Assembly (NCBI GenBank): GCA_963692915.1
Contig: OY843584.1
Location: 608,001-672,000, forward strand
Reading direction: 5' to 3'
Source: Cenarchaeum sp.
Lineage (GTDB): Archaea; Thermoproteota; Nitrososphaeria; Nitrososphaerales; Nitrosopumilaceae
DNA length: 64,000 nt
Shown: one piece after another, positions 54,379 to 63,374 of the stretch
Position numbering within the stretch: the first letter of the stretch is position 1
How the letters are laid out: every line of letters starts with the position of its first letter
The notes under the pieces: generated by a model
Seen by the model: the letters and a program-made list of their open reading frames with translations, nothing else
Database searches by the model: none
What the model was told of the DNA's origin: nothing
Made by a program: the position numbers and the translations under genes

Positions 54379-54586
54379 GTCCCAACAGAATTACCCAAAT
54401 AATTTAACCGTTTTTGGAATTCCACGCACGGGAATCTGGCATTCCTGCCCATTTTGGCCAAATGGGCGTGATCCTGCCGATCCGTTTACCGCAATGGGGG
54501 GAATTCCTGCCCATGTGCGCCATAGCGCCACCGGAGAGCTTAATCGTGCAAGGACCGCATCAGGCCAAAGTCCACGGCTCAGGGCA

Positions 54587-54605
54587 GGCTATATCATATA
54601 TAGCC
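54587..54605. promoter_or_regulatory. second copy of GGCTATAT-CAT-ATATAGCC inverted repeat
   Basis: Identical to 52095..52113, upstream of ATG 54626. Confidence 0.6.
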
Positions 54606-54625
54606 GGGCAGCGTGGAATTCGTGC

Positions 54626-55234
54626 ATGACGTCTGCCTATTGGAAAGCGCACGGCGACCCGCCAATAGTCGTGGGGACTGCGGCGACCACGATATACATG
54701 CTAGGCATCATACTGGCCATAGCAAGGGTCACCGGAATCGTCCACGACGTCGGATCGTTTGGCGCCGTCATTGGGACCATGGCGTTGGGGTTTATGGTCT
54801 ACATATTTGTGAATAACACAACGCGCGACAACAAGGCCGAGCGGGGCAAAGAGTATGAATTGAGGGAGGCTGACAGTGAAAACATCAGTCGATTAACACA
54901 CATAATCGAGAAGTGTGCGATAACGCTGCGAAAATTAAATCAACATAAAGAAACATCCAAGGAAAGACCAGACATGGCAATACAACGCCTGCTAGGACTG
55001 ATAGACAATATTTCAACGAATTATGAGAAGTATTTGAGTCTAGACGGCCAGAAACTAGTCGGAATTATTAGGGACACAGTTGATGAGATGATGTTTAACG
55101 ATCAAGAAGGAAAGATACACATGGATGACGCGATTAAAAATATCGTACAATTAAAACAACACGTAATGGATGTAGATGATCAAGAGCTTAAAAGAAACAG
55201 AGAGTCAACCATGCATGGAGTGCCAAATCAGTGA
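54626..55234 (+). CDS. two-TM protein with helical C-terminal domain, copy 2
   Basis: Paralog of 52134..52742. Confidence 0.8.
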   Translation: MTSAYWKAHGDPPIVVGTAATTIYMLGIILAIARVTGIVHDVGSFGAVIGTMALGFMVYIFVNNTTRDNKAERGKEYELREADSENISRLTHIIEKCAITLRKLNQHKETSKERPDMAIQRLLGLIDNISTNYEKYLSLDGQKLVGIIRDTVDEMMFNDQEGKIHMDDAIKNIVQLKQHVMDVDDQELKRNRESTMHGVPNQ

Positions 55235-55259
55235 AGGCAGATTCGTGCCCAACTGCGCA

Positions 55260-55805
55260 TTAGCGCATATGGCCCGACTGGAGCAGCTCGTCATAAACTT
55301 GCTCTACCTGTTTTTTTGTGTAGGTTGGTTTTAAGGTCGCAACATATTTGGGCAATTCTGGTCCAACAATCCTATCGCGAAATTCAATATGAATTAGCCT
55401 ACTTGCAATTTCAAGCCAAGTGAGATCATGCGTATGCGCAAACTGTAAAAATTCGTCCTTGCGAGGCCAATAGTCAATCTCCCGGGAATCCGCCTCAGAT
55501 ATGTCAGGCAAGAGATAGTAATCACGTGCAAGTTGCGGGGAATGTGGCCCATGTTCAAAAAGCCCATGGCGATAGGTAAATTCCAGACCAAACACATTTT
55601 GGGCAAAATAGACATACAGTTGGATTTTGATGCGTTCGTGTTCTGACGCATCTCTGGGGTTTTTGTCACAGTCGATCAATTTGTGCTCAAAAAGGAGCTT
55701 GAGGAGCGGAGCCGTGTTGGGATCGGCAACGAACGGATCGTTCAAAAAAGAGTCTATGTCCGCTATTGCACGCTCAGATACTGTACCATATGCCGTGGAA
55801 ACCAT
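55260..55805 (-). CDS. Panacea/SocA/YwgA-like protein, copy 3
   Basis: KIQLYVYF...HGPHSPQL...WLEIASRL. Confidence 0.7.
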   Translation of the reverse strand: MVSTAYGTVSERAIADIDSFLNDPFVADPNTAPLLKLLFEHKLIDCDKNPRDASEHERIKIQLYVYFAQNVFGLEFTYRHGLFEHGPHSPQLARDYYLLPDISEADSREIDYWPRKDEFLQFAHTHDLTWLEIASRLIHIEFRDRIVGPELPKYVATLKPTYTKKQVEQVYDELLQSGHMR

Positions 55806-56128
55806 GCTATGGCACCCCACAGACCCAGTCTGCTCGCCGTGTCACCATGACTCGGCAGAGTGGCCCAAATGATTTAACTGTTTTTAGAATTCCACGCGTG
55901 AGAATCGGGCATTCCTGCCCATTTTGACCAGGCAGCAGATCCTCGTGCGCCTGCCCCCTAGCCCACAGACACGCCCGCCACGCCCCCGCCAATGCGCGAC
56001 GTGGCCGCAGGCAGGATCATGGGATGCCCGAGGCGACCGCACGGCTCACCCTGGCGGCCCCACGCCATGCCAGGATCACGCGAGTCGCGCCGCAAGCAAG
56101 ATATGTGCCGGTGCGGCGCAGTCATGCG

Positions 56129-56374
56129 ATGAGCGCAAACACGATCAAAAAGGCCAAGAGGCTCGTAGAGTCTGGCGGCGTGGCCAAGATCGAGGACGAC
56201 ATCTACCAGGTCAGGTCATCAAGTGACGCCTCAAAGTCGTACATTGTTGACGGCGAGTCGTGTGACTGTCCCGGATACGCCAACTTTTACAAGTTTCACG
56301 GCGGCAAGGGGATAAAGGCAAACTGCTCGCACCTAGAGGCAGTCAGGCTGTTCCGAGGCGACGAGGAAGCTTAG
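56129..56374 (+). CDS. SWIM zinc finger protein
   Basis: YQVRSS..KSYIV...CDCP...CSH (CxC-xn-CxH). Confidence 0.85.
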   Translation: MSANTIKKAKRLVESGGVAKIEDDIYQVRSSSDASKSYIVDGESCDCPGYANFYKFHGGKGIKANCSHLEAVRLFRGDEEA

Positions 56375-57222
56375 GCGCCGGCGCGCATGCCGTCGCTGGC
56401 CATCCTGTACGCGATGTTCTTTACCATCACGTTGAGCGACTTCATGAGGTCGCTGCCCTCCTCATAGTTGCCCGTGTATGGCCCCACTGTCGTGCGTCGC
56501 GCAAGTGCCAGCGCATGGCCGGCCCGAAACGTCGGGTCGCCGGCTATGCCTATGCACTGCCCACCGTTGTTCTGCACGGCAGAAAAGCATGGCACGTCAT
56601 TCTTGCTGTCGCCAACATAGATCATGTTGCCAAACGGTATACGGCGACTTGCGTCATCCTTGAACGAGTTGACGAGGTATGGGTTTTTGCGCAGCTTTGC
56701 CCCGCCGATGCCCTTGTTTATCGCATGCAGGAACTTTGTCTTTTCGGTGAACGTGACGGCCGATTTTATGGCGTGTATCTTGCCATTCTCATCCTCGGCA
56801 AACGTGCCGCCAAACACGTCATTGAACGTGTCAGCAAACGGCGCGCCCCGTATGATCTCCTCAAATCCCGACGATATTATGTAAAACTCTACGCCTATTC
56901 CGGCATCGGCAATGTCAGGGTCAGAGTCGACCATTGCGCGAACTCGCGACACGAGATCCATGACACCTGGATTGGGCGATATCCTGCCGCCGAGCCCTCG
57001 CAGCAGGGCGTTGGTGTCCTGCGCTATGTCCCCTGTGCGAATCTTGTCGAGTATCATCGTCATCCACGCTATTGGCGGATCCCACCCGTCGGCCACGAGC
57101 GACTTGTGCGCGTCCCAGAATGCGCGCGTGTCAACGCCGTTGCTCTCGAGCAAAAAGTTAGTCGTGTCTGGCGCGAGCGTGTCATCACAGTCACACACCA
57201 CGGCTATCGTGCTCTGGGCCAT
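56371..57222 (-). CDS. HAD-superfamily hydrolase
   Basis: VCDCDDTLAP, YIISSG, TEKTKFL..INKG, MIYVGDSKNDVPCF. Confidence 0.88.
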   Translation of the reverse strand: MAQSTIAVVCDCDDTLAPDTTNFLLESNGVDTRAFWDAHKSLVADGWDPPIAWMTMILDKIRTGDIAQDTNALLRGLGGRISPNPGVMDLVSRVRAMVDSDPDIADAGIGVEFYIISSGFEEIIRGAPFADTFNDVFGGTFAEDENGKIHAIKSAVTFTEKTKFLHAINKGIGGAKLRKNPYLVNSFKDDASRRIPFGNMIYVGDSKNDVPCFSAVQNNGGQCIGIAGDPTFRAGHALALARRTTVGPYTGNYEEGSDLMKSLNVMVKNIAYRMASDGMRAGA

Positions 57223-57320
57223 GCGCAGCGGTCCGTGACGGCGCATATTAAAACGGATTCGGCGCGCGTGCGGCAGCGGCGCCCAAAGGTACATAATCCC
57301 AAAGCCGGCCCGCGCGTCCC

Positions 57321-57482
57321 ATGGTCATGCCGCTTGTCCACGAGAGCCGCCCAAAGTGCCACGTGTGCTGCGAGTCCTTTGAGGACATTGACGCGCTAAG
57401 GGAGCACAAAAGGGCAGCCCATGAGGACGCAGAGGGCCGCCGCGAGATGGGGCCGGCCCCAGGGGATGTCAGCGTGTTCTAG
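57321..57482 (+). CDS. small C2H2 zinc-finger protein (53 aa; not in ORF track)
   Basis: Own translation MVMPLVHESRPKCHVCCESFEDIDALREHKRAAH...PAPGDVSVF. Confidence 0.8.
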   Translation: MVMPLVHESRPKCHVCCESFEDIDALREHKRAAHEDAEGRREMGPAPGDVSVF

Positions 57483-57993
57483 GGCGCCGTGGATCGCCGC
57501 ATGCGCGGCGGCCATGGCCACACACGCGCCGGCTGCCCATGCGCAGCAGGGCACGGCAACAGTCAGCAACGAGACGCTTGCAGTCCTCGTCGCCTCGATC
57601 GTCGCAGTGGTCGCCCTGGCCCTGTACGTCTCGCGCGCCGCCATCATGCGCAAAAAGACCGACTATGACGGCGCAGACTATGCCTCAAAGTCAGACCGAA
57701 CGGGCGAAAAGTACAGCTCGGGATGGCATGATGACTATGAGCGGCCCGAGGCCGAGTCCGCAGCCAATGATGACCACTATGCGACGCTGGGCATTGGCAA
57801 AAAGGCCACGGCGCGCGACATAAAGGAGCGCTATAGGGAGCTCGCAAAGAGGCACCATCCGGACAGGGACGGCGGGAATGCCGCCGAGCTCGTGCGCATA
57901 AACAGGGCATACGGCGTGCTCTCGGATCCCGAATCGCGCCGCGAGTACGACAGGTCGCTAGGGCAGGGCACGCTCGGCTCGAATGACCCTTAG
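57466..57993 (+). CDS. membrane-anchored DnaJ-domain protein
   Basis: TM segment followed by J-domain DHYATLG...HHPD...INRAYGVLSDP..RREYD; start uncertain (57466 or 57514). Confidence 0.85.
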   Translation: MSACSRAPWIAACAAAMATHAPAAHAQQGTATVSNETLAVLVASIVAVVALALYVSRAAIMRKKTDYDGADYASKSDRTGEKYSSGWHDDYERPEAESAANDDHYATLGIGKKATARDIKERYRELAKRHHPDRDGGNAAELVRINRAYGVLSDPESRREYDRSLGQGTLGSNDP

Positions 57994-58299
57994 CGAGAGC
58001 ACGACGGTGCCGGACTGCTGCGAATAGCCCGTCAGGTTTGCGTGCATTCGCATCGGCTCATCGCCAAAGGAGCGAACCTCGATCTCGGCGAACTCGGTGC
58101 TCGGGCCGAGCATCGCGCCTGTCAGCATAGGGAGCATGGACGCATCGCGCATGCTCGCCCTGATCGTCGGCCATGGGCCTTCCGGACCGGCCTCTAGTGC
58201 CGCCGTGGCCACGCCGTGTGCGGTGCCGCCGAGGATCACCTCGTATCGAGAGCCCTCATGCGCGCGCTCTATCTCGCCGGGAAGCACGCCTGTGTCCAT
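57958..58299 (-). CDS. hypothetical protein
   Basis: 113-aa ORF sharing a TTTAAA box with the divergent HD gene. Confidence 0.6.
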   Translation of the reverse strand: MDTGVLPGEIERAHEGSRYEVILGGTAHGVATAALEAGPEGPWPTIRASMRDASMLPMLTGAMLGPSTEFAEIEVRSFGDEPMRMHANLTGYSQQSGTVVLSLRVIRAERALP

Positions 58300-58356
58300 T
58301 GCAGGGCGCGTGCGCGCAAATACAGATTTAAAGAATGCGCAGGCGCGCGCACCCTG

Positions 58357-59673
58357 TTGCGGGAGTCAGGCGACACTCATGGGCTAAAGTCACGCATACT
58401 CGAGGCCGCCGAGGGCATGGGCATAGGCGAGGACGTGTATACCGAGATGCTAGACTATACGATAGAGCTCTTTGAGTCACAGGGCCTTGGAACCGACTAT
58501 TACGGGTACCACAACATCACCCACGAGCTCGAAGTCACGTACGCGACGCTCATAGCGATGCGCGGGCACGGCGGCGGGGGCGAGTTTGGCCACACGGACG
58601 CTAGGCACATGTATGCGGCCGCGCTGTTTCACGACTTTGAGCCGCAAAAGGACGCCGACAAGCCCCACGAGGAGGCCGTCCTCCGCTTTATCGACGCGGA
58701 CAGAAAGGTTAGCGACCTTGTGGACAGGGCAGGCCTTGACCTAGACTACATACGCGCGCTCATACTGCGCACGACGTACCCCTTTGAGGGCAAGAACCGC
58801 GAGCATGCCGGGCGCGAGATTGGCGCGTGCCATGACCGCATGGGCCTTGATGCCCAAGGGCGCGCGCGCAACCTGTGGAGGGGCTGGTTTCTCTCCGTCC
58901 TTGACCGCGTGTGCGGGTATGCGCTCGGCCCGTTCCCAAAGGCCATGGAGATGGCAAAGATGAACGCGCATGCACTTAGGTGGCATCCAAGCCTCATCGT
59001 GCGCCGGTCAGTGTCGTACTTTGAGCGCCTCCTCAATGACGAGACGGACATGACGCGCATCGTGCTCGGCGCGCTGCCGCGCGAGATGCGCAAGTGCTTT
59101 ATGGACAACGTTCTTGAGTTCCTCAACTTGCGCCAGCACGAGATACGCATAGAGTCTGACTATATCTACGAGAACGTGAGGCTGCACCCGTTCATAGAGA
59201 GCCACAAGGCGCGCACGGATCCAGAATTTGCGCGCAAGCTCCTGGCCATATATGACGAGCTCCCAAATCCCCTCCAGGTTGCGCGCCACACGTTTGCCGA
59301 GACGCTGTGCGATCCCGAGTTTGTGGTCAACACGCTGCGCCTGGGTGACGGGAACGGGGAGATCGTCGGCTTTGCCAAGGGTGGCCCACTTGAAAAGTAC
59401 CAGCTCCGGCCGGAGATCCGTGACGAGTTTCGCGGCAGCGGCAACACGGTCTTTTTGGAGCCGATCGCCCTAAAGATGGGATACTGGGGCATGGGGGGCG
59501 GCAGCGGCATGAGGAGCATGTTTGCGATGCAGGCCCACACGCGAAATTTCCGCTACATGACCAGCTTTGCGCTCCGCGAGGTCGTCCAGGCTCGAATAGA
59601 CAGTGGTGAGAGGATCGAGTTTGTCACAAGGTTTGACCCCGAGAGGTGGGACTATTACCGTATGGAGATATGA
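58357..59673 (+). CDS. HD-domain metal-dependent phosphohydrolase with C-terminal GNAT-like region
   Basis: YHNITH, AALFHD, PHE; C-terminal IVGFAKG...YWGMGGG; TTG start about 25 nt after TTTAAA. Confidence 0.8.
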   Translation: MRESGDTHGLKSRILEAAEGMGIGEDVYTEMLDYTIELFESQGLGTDYYGYHNITHELEVTYATLIAMRGHGGGGEFGHTDARHMYAAALFHDFEPQKDADKPHEEAVLRFIDADRKVSDLVDRAGLDLDYIRALILRTTYPFEGKNREHAGREIGACHDRMGLDAQGRARNLWRGWFLSVLDRVCGYALGPFPKAMEMAKMNAHALRWHPSLIVRRSVSYFERLLNDETDMTRIVLGALPREMRKCFMDNVLEFLNLRQHEIRIESDYIYENVRLHPFIESHKARTDPEFARKLLAIYDELPNPLQVARHTFAETLCDPEFVVNTLRLGDGNGEIVGFAKGGPLEKYQLRPEIRDEFRGSGNTVFLEPIALKMGYWGMGGGSGMRSMFAMQAHTRNFRYMTSFALREVVQARIDSGERIEFVTRFDPERWDYYRMEI

Positions 59674-59753
59674 TCGCAGCGTAATGCGATTTGCCAATGT
59701 GTGAACAATTTTTAACTGTATCTTGATAATATCATGGAAGTGGTCGTATTGGC

Positions 59754-59897
59754 ATGACGACGGGGTACTGCGTAAAGTGCAGAACCAAGCGGGAGATCAA
59801 GGGCGCAAAGCCTACGGTCATGAAGAATGGCAAGCCCGCTGTCAGCGGCACGTGCTCAACGTGCAGCACCCGGATGTTCAAGATCGGCAAGCTCTGA
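59754..59897 (+). CDS. DUF5679-like small basic zinc-ribbon protein (47 aa; not in ORF track)
   Basis: Own translation MTTGYCVKCRTKREIKGAKPTVMKNGKPAVSGTCSTCSTRMFKIGKL; T-tract follows. Confidence 0.85.
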   Translation: MTTGYCVKCRTKREIKGAKPTVMKNGKPAVSGTCSTCSTRMFKIGKL

Positions 59898-59977
59898 ACA
59901 TCCGAGTTCTCTTTTTTGAAATGCGCACGGTTCACTGACAGTCAAGCTAAAAAATGAACTAGTTGTGCTATTCGACC

Positions 59978-61405
59978 CTATTGAAAGGGATCTATGAATG
60001 GGCAGTTAACAATGTGGTCCGAGTCCATCGGGCGCGCGAGCGTGATGCTCACCTTGCCCTCTGACCTCATGGCCTGTATGTCACCGACATTCTCAAGAAG
60101 GCGCGCATCATGCGAATCCTCCCACGTGACTACGGATATGCGCCACATTGGCGAGTATCCGGCGTCTCCCAGAGCCGCCGTGGCTATGCCCGGCTGGAAG
60201 CCGAGAGGCCCGGGACCCTTGAGTCCGTTGGTGAACTGGAACAGGTCAACTGCGGCCGAATTTGCGATCAGGCTTGCCGACGTGGGCGTGTGTGGCACTC
60301 CCATCCCGTCTGCAGGGCCGGCCGGCGTGGCATCAGTCACGATATAGTATATCGTGCGGCCATCCGGACCCCAGCCCCTGTGAGCGACAAACGTCACAGT
60401 CATGGCATCAGTGTCGATCTCGGTGACCTGGCCGCCCCCATAGGGCAGCTTGTCATCGATCTCGGCCTCATTTACCATGAGCTGTCCGCCAGGCCACATG
60501 ACATGTGGCATGTTGATCACGACATCAAGCTCGGTGAGTATTATCTCACCAGCATCGCTTGCGGCCATGATCTCGGCCTCTGACATTAGAACCCGAGGCG
60601 TTGTGTCAGCGTTCCACGTGACATGGACGTGACTCTTCAGCGCACTGTACGTGTCTGGCATTGCCGGCGTCGATGTAAAGACTTCACCCTGGTATCCGTG
60701 CACTCCGTTTCCCTCCATGCCGTTTGTGAACATGTAGGTCTTTGAGAGAGCCGCATCTGGCGCATTGGCCAGTGTCGGGGCAAGCTCTACCTTCCAGCCC
60801 TGGCTCTCCGTGATTACGGTGGCATGGGTTGGGTCGCTAGAGTCCGTTATGACAAAGTATACACTCTGTCCGTCATGGTATCCCTCGTGTAGCGGCAGTG
60901 TTGCCGGAACGCTTGCGCGTGAAAGCAGCAGCTTGTGCGCATATGAGCCATCCTTGTCGTGCATGCGGTCCATCTTGTCGTGATCCATCATTTTGTCGTG
61001 GTCCATCATCTTGTCGTTGGACATCCTGTCGTGACCCATCATCTTGTCTTGATCCATCATCTTGTCGTGGTCCATCATCTTGTCGTGGTCCATCATCTTG
61101 TCGTGGTCCATCATCTTGTCATGTTCCATCTCGTCGTGCATGCGGTCATTCATCGCGTCGTCAGATTCCATGTGTTTGTCCATCGCGTCATCATGGTCAG
61201 ACATTGCCGATTCCATCGCCGGTTCTGATGGCGAGATCATCGACTCCATTGTCTTTGTCAGGTAGTCTGGCCCAACCTCGGAGCACAGCCTGTCCCCACA
61301 GACGACACGCGCAGCATCAGCAGCCGTAAGGCTACCGGCGGTCAGCGAAATGGCCATTGCTGGCACTATCGCAAATAGCAGCATTCGTTTCTGCAATGTG
61401 TTCAT
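59978..61405 (-). CDS. secreted protein with His/Met/Asp repeats and duplicated beta domain
   Basis: Signal peptide, VCGDRLCSE motif, (HDKMMD)n, two related halves (YFVITDSS / YYIVTDAT). Confidence 0.85.
   Translation of the reverse strand: MNTLQKRMLLFAIVPAMAISLTAGSLTAADAARVVCGDRLCSEVGPDYLTKTMESMISPSEPAMESAMSDHDDAMDKHMESDDAMNDRMHDEMEHDKMMDHDKMMDHDKMMDHDKMMDQDKMMGHDRMSNDKMMDHDKMMDHDKMDRMHDKDGSYAHKLLLSRASVPATLPLHEGYHDGQSVYFVITDSSDPTHATVITESQGWKVELAPTLANAPDAALSKTYMFTNGMEGNGVHGYQGEVFTSTPAMPDTYSALKSHVHVTWNADTTPRVLMSEAEIMAASDAGEIILTELDVVINMPHVMWPGGQLMVNEAEIDDKLPYGGGQVTEIDTDAMTVTFVAHRGWGPDGRTIYYIVTDATPAGPADGMGVPHTPTSASLIANSAAVDLFQFTNGLKGPGPLGFQPGIATAALGDAGYSPMWRISVVTWEDSHDARLLENVGDIQAMRSEGKVSITLARPMDSDHIVNCPFIDPFQ
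60953..61123 (-). repeat. 18-bp coding tandem repeat (HDKMMD)
   Basis: GTCGTGGTCCATCATCTT-like units repeated on the + strand. Confidence 0.9.
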
Positions 61406-61572
61406 TACATCGGTGGAGCCAAATGAGGGTTAAAAGCCTTTTTCCACATGCGCAGGCGTGCATGGTGCGTGCCCACAGATCACGGCCAAGATCCACCCCG
61501 CGAGTCGGCGCTGCCCGCATGGGCACCCCCAGACCCCGTCATCGTGACGTCAGGTGAGGGAACGACCTGTCC

Positions 61573-63294
61573 TTACTTTGAGCGAAGCATGTCCTGGATT
61601 TGGGCAAGTATGAGCTGCGCCTTTTCCTTGTTCTCAAATGTCTGAACCTTGTCATCGAGTATCGTGTCGATCTCGTAGCTCTTGTTGACGAGTATGTCTG
61701 CGACATGCTCATCAAGGGTCCGGTTGCCTATGAGATAGTACGCAAAGACCGTGTTCTTTTGCCCGATGCGGTGGAGGCGATCCTCGGCCTGTTGGTGGAC
61801 AGCCGGACTCCAGTCAAGCTCGGCAAAGATGACATAGCGGGCCTTGCTAAGGTTGATCCCAACATTGCCTGCGCGAAGTCCGGCGATCATGAGGTTAGAC
61901 TCGCCCCCCTGAAACGAGTCGATGTTGGCCTGACGAGCCTTGTCAGTCTGGCCTCCAATTACCGTTGTGGGCTCAAACTCGGCGAGCTTTTCGTTGAGGA
62001 GCTTGTGTATTGACTTGTGGTGGCAAAAGACCACAACGCTCTCCTCTATCTCCATGATATTTTGCACAAAATTGATGACATGTGGCATCTTTGCCAGTCC
62101 GGCCACTTGTCGCTCGCTTTGGATCGCGCGCTGGTATGACGAGTACTTGTCGAGTGTGGATTTTGAGGCGAGCTGCTCCTCCTCTAGGCGAGTCCATATT
62201 TTCCTGAGCTCTGCCCTGTAATAGTCAATGTCAGCATCAATGTACTCCTGGTATCGAACCTTGTCCTGCAGGTCCTTGAGGACATCGCCCTTTTTGCGGC
62301 GCAGCATGACGTGCTTGTGCAGCTTTTCGCGCAAGAGCCTGCGCTTGTTCTCCAGCACTAATGACTTGCCACGCTCGTTCACATAGCAAAAGTACTGGCA
62401 AAACTCCGAATAGCTTCCAAGGAGTCCGGGGCTGAGGACATCCACGATTGGCCATATCTCTGAGCCGTGGTTGAATATTGGCGTGCCGGACAGGCCAATC
62501 CTGTGCTCAAGTGACGGCATTGCGGAGATCTTTCGTATTGCCGAGTGCTTTTTGGTAGTCTTGGAGCGCATATGGTGAACCTCGTCGCACACAAGCGTCT
62601 TTAGGTTTATCTTTAAAAAGTCCGGAACACGCTTTTCAAGAAGCTCATAGTTGATAACGTAAAAGTCGCTCTTTTCAAGTATCTTGCGACGACCTCGCCT
62701 GATGAGCTTTGATGTTGGTGATGATGAGTCCACCATACGGCCATTCTTGCTCCTCTTTTTGAGAAACTTGTCAATCTCGCGCTCCCAGTTCTTGAGCGTG
62801 ACGAGCGGTGCGACTACCAGTACCGGAAACGCATTCTTTTCGGTCGCAAGGTACGCAAGTGTTTGGACCGTCTTGCCAAGACCCATCTCATCGGCAAGGA
62901 GGGCGTTGCCATTGGACTTTATCAGAAAGTCAAGACCCTCGCGCTGGAATCCCAAAAGCTTGCCGCGAAACTGCGATCCAGGATTGACCTTTGAGAGCTT
63001 TTCGATGGGTGCGCGCACCTTGGGACGAGAGACGCTGGCCTTGCCGACCCTGCGCTGCCATGCCGACTTTGAGAGCACGTCAAGCTGGCAATGGCCCATT
63101 ATCTGCTTTATGCGCTCGACATTCTCGGGCTTGTCTGGCACGATGACCTCGTCAGGTCCGTCACCATACCACGACTGTGGTATGAGCTGCGAGGCCATTC
63201 CAACGGCGCGACTGCCGGTGAGCTTCCAGCTCCATGCGTTGGAGTACTTGTCCATGACATACTCTAACTTGCCTGCGCTTGCCAACTCATGCAC
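61573..63294 (-). CDS. SNF2-family DEAD/DEAH helicase (SMARCAL1/HARP-like)
   Basis: LLADEMGLGKT, INYE, DEVH, LSGTP, GINL, QAEDRLHRIGQ. Confidence 0.93.
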   Translation of the reverse strand: MHELASAGKLEYVMDKYSNAWSWKLTGSRAVGMASQLIPQSWYGDGPDEVIVPDKPENVERIKQIMGHCQLDVLSKSAWQRRVGKASVSRPKVRAPIEKLSKVNPGSQFRGKLLGFQREGLDFLIKSNGNALLADEMGLGKTVQTLAYLATEKNAFPVLVVAPLVTLKNWEREIDKFLKKRSKNGRMVDSSSPTSKLIRRGRRKILEKSDFYVINYELLEKRVPDFLKINLKTLVCDEVHHMRSKTTKKHSAIRKISAMPSLEHRIGLSGTPIFNHGSEIWPIVDVLSPGLLGSYSEFCQYFCYVNERGKSLVLENKRRLLREKLHKHVMLRRKKGDVLKDLQDKVRYQEYIDADIDYYRAELRKIWTRLEEEQLASKSTLDKYSSYQRAIQSERQVAGLAKMPHVINFVQNIMEIEESVVVFCHHKSIHKLLNEKLAEFEPTTVIGGQTDKARQANIDSFQGGESNLMIAGLRAGNVGINLSKARYVIFAELDWSPAVHQQAEDRLHRIGQKNTVFAYYLIGNRTLDEHVADILVNKSYEIDTILDDKVQTFENKEKAQLILAQIQDMLRSK

Positions 63295-63374
63295 CTGATT
63301 TGAGCCAAGATCAACTGCGTGGTTTATGAACCTTGGCGTTGGGGGCGTGATCGCAGCGGTTTCACGTGCCGAAC

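Noticed and set aside
18991-55927. Duplications as simple assembly artefacts
   Set aside because: Copies carry many substitutions and indels with intact frames and distinct junctions; long-read confirmation is still advisable
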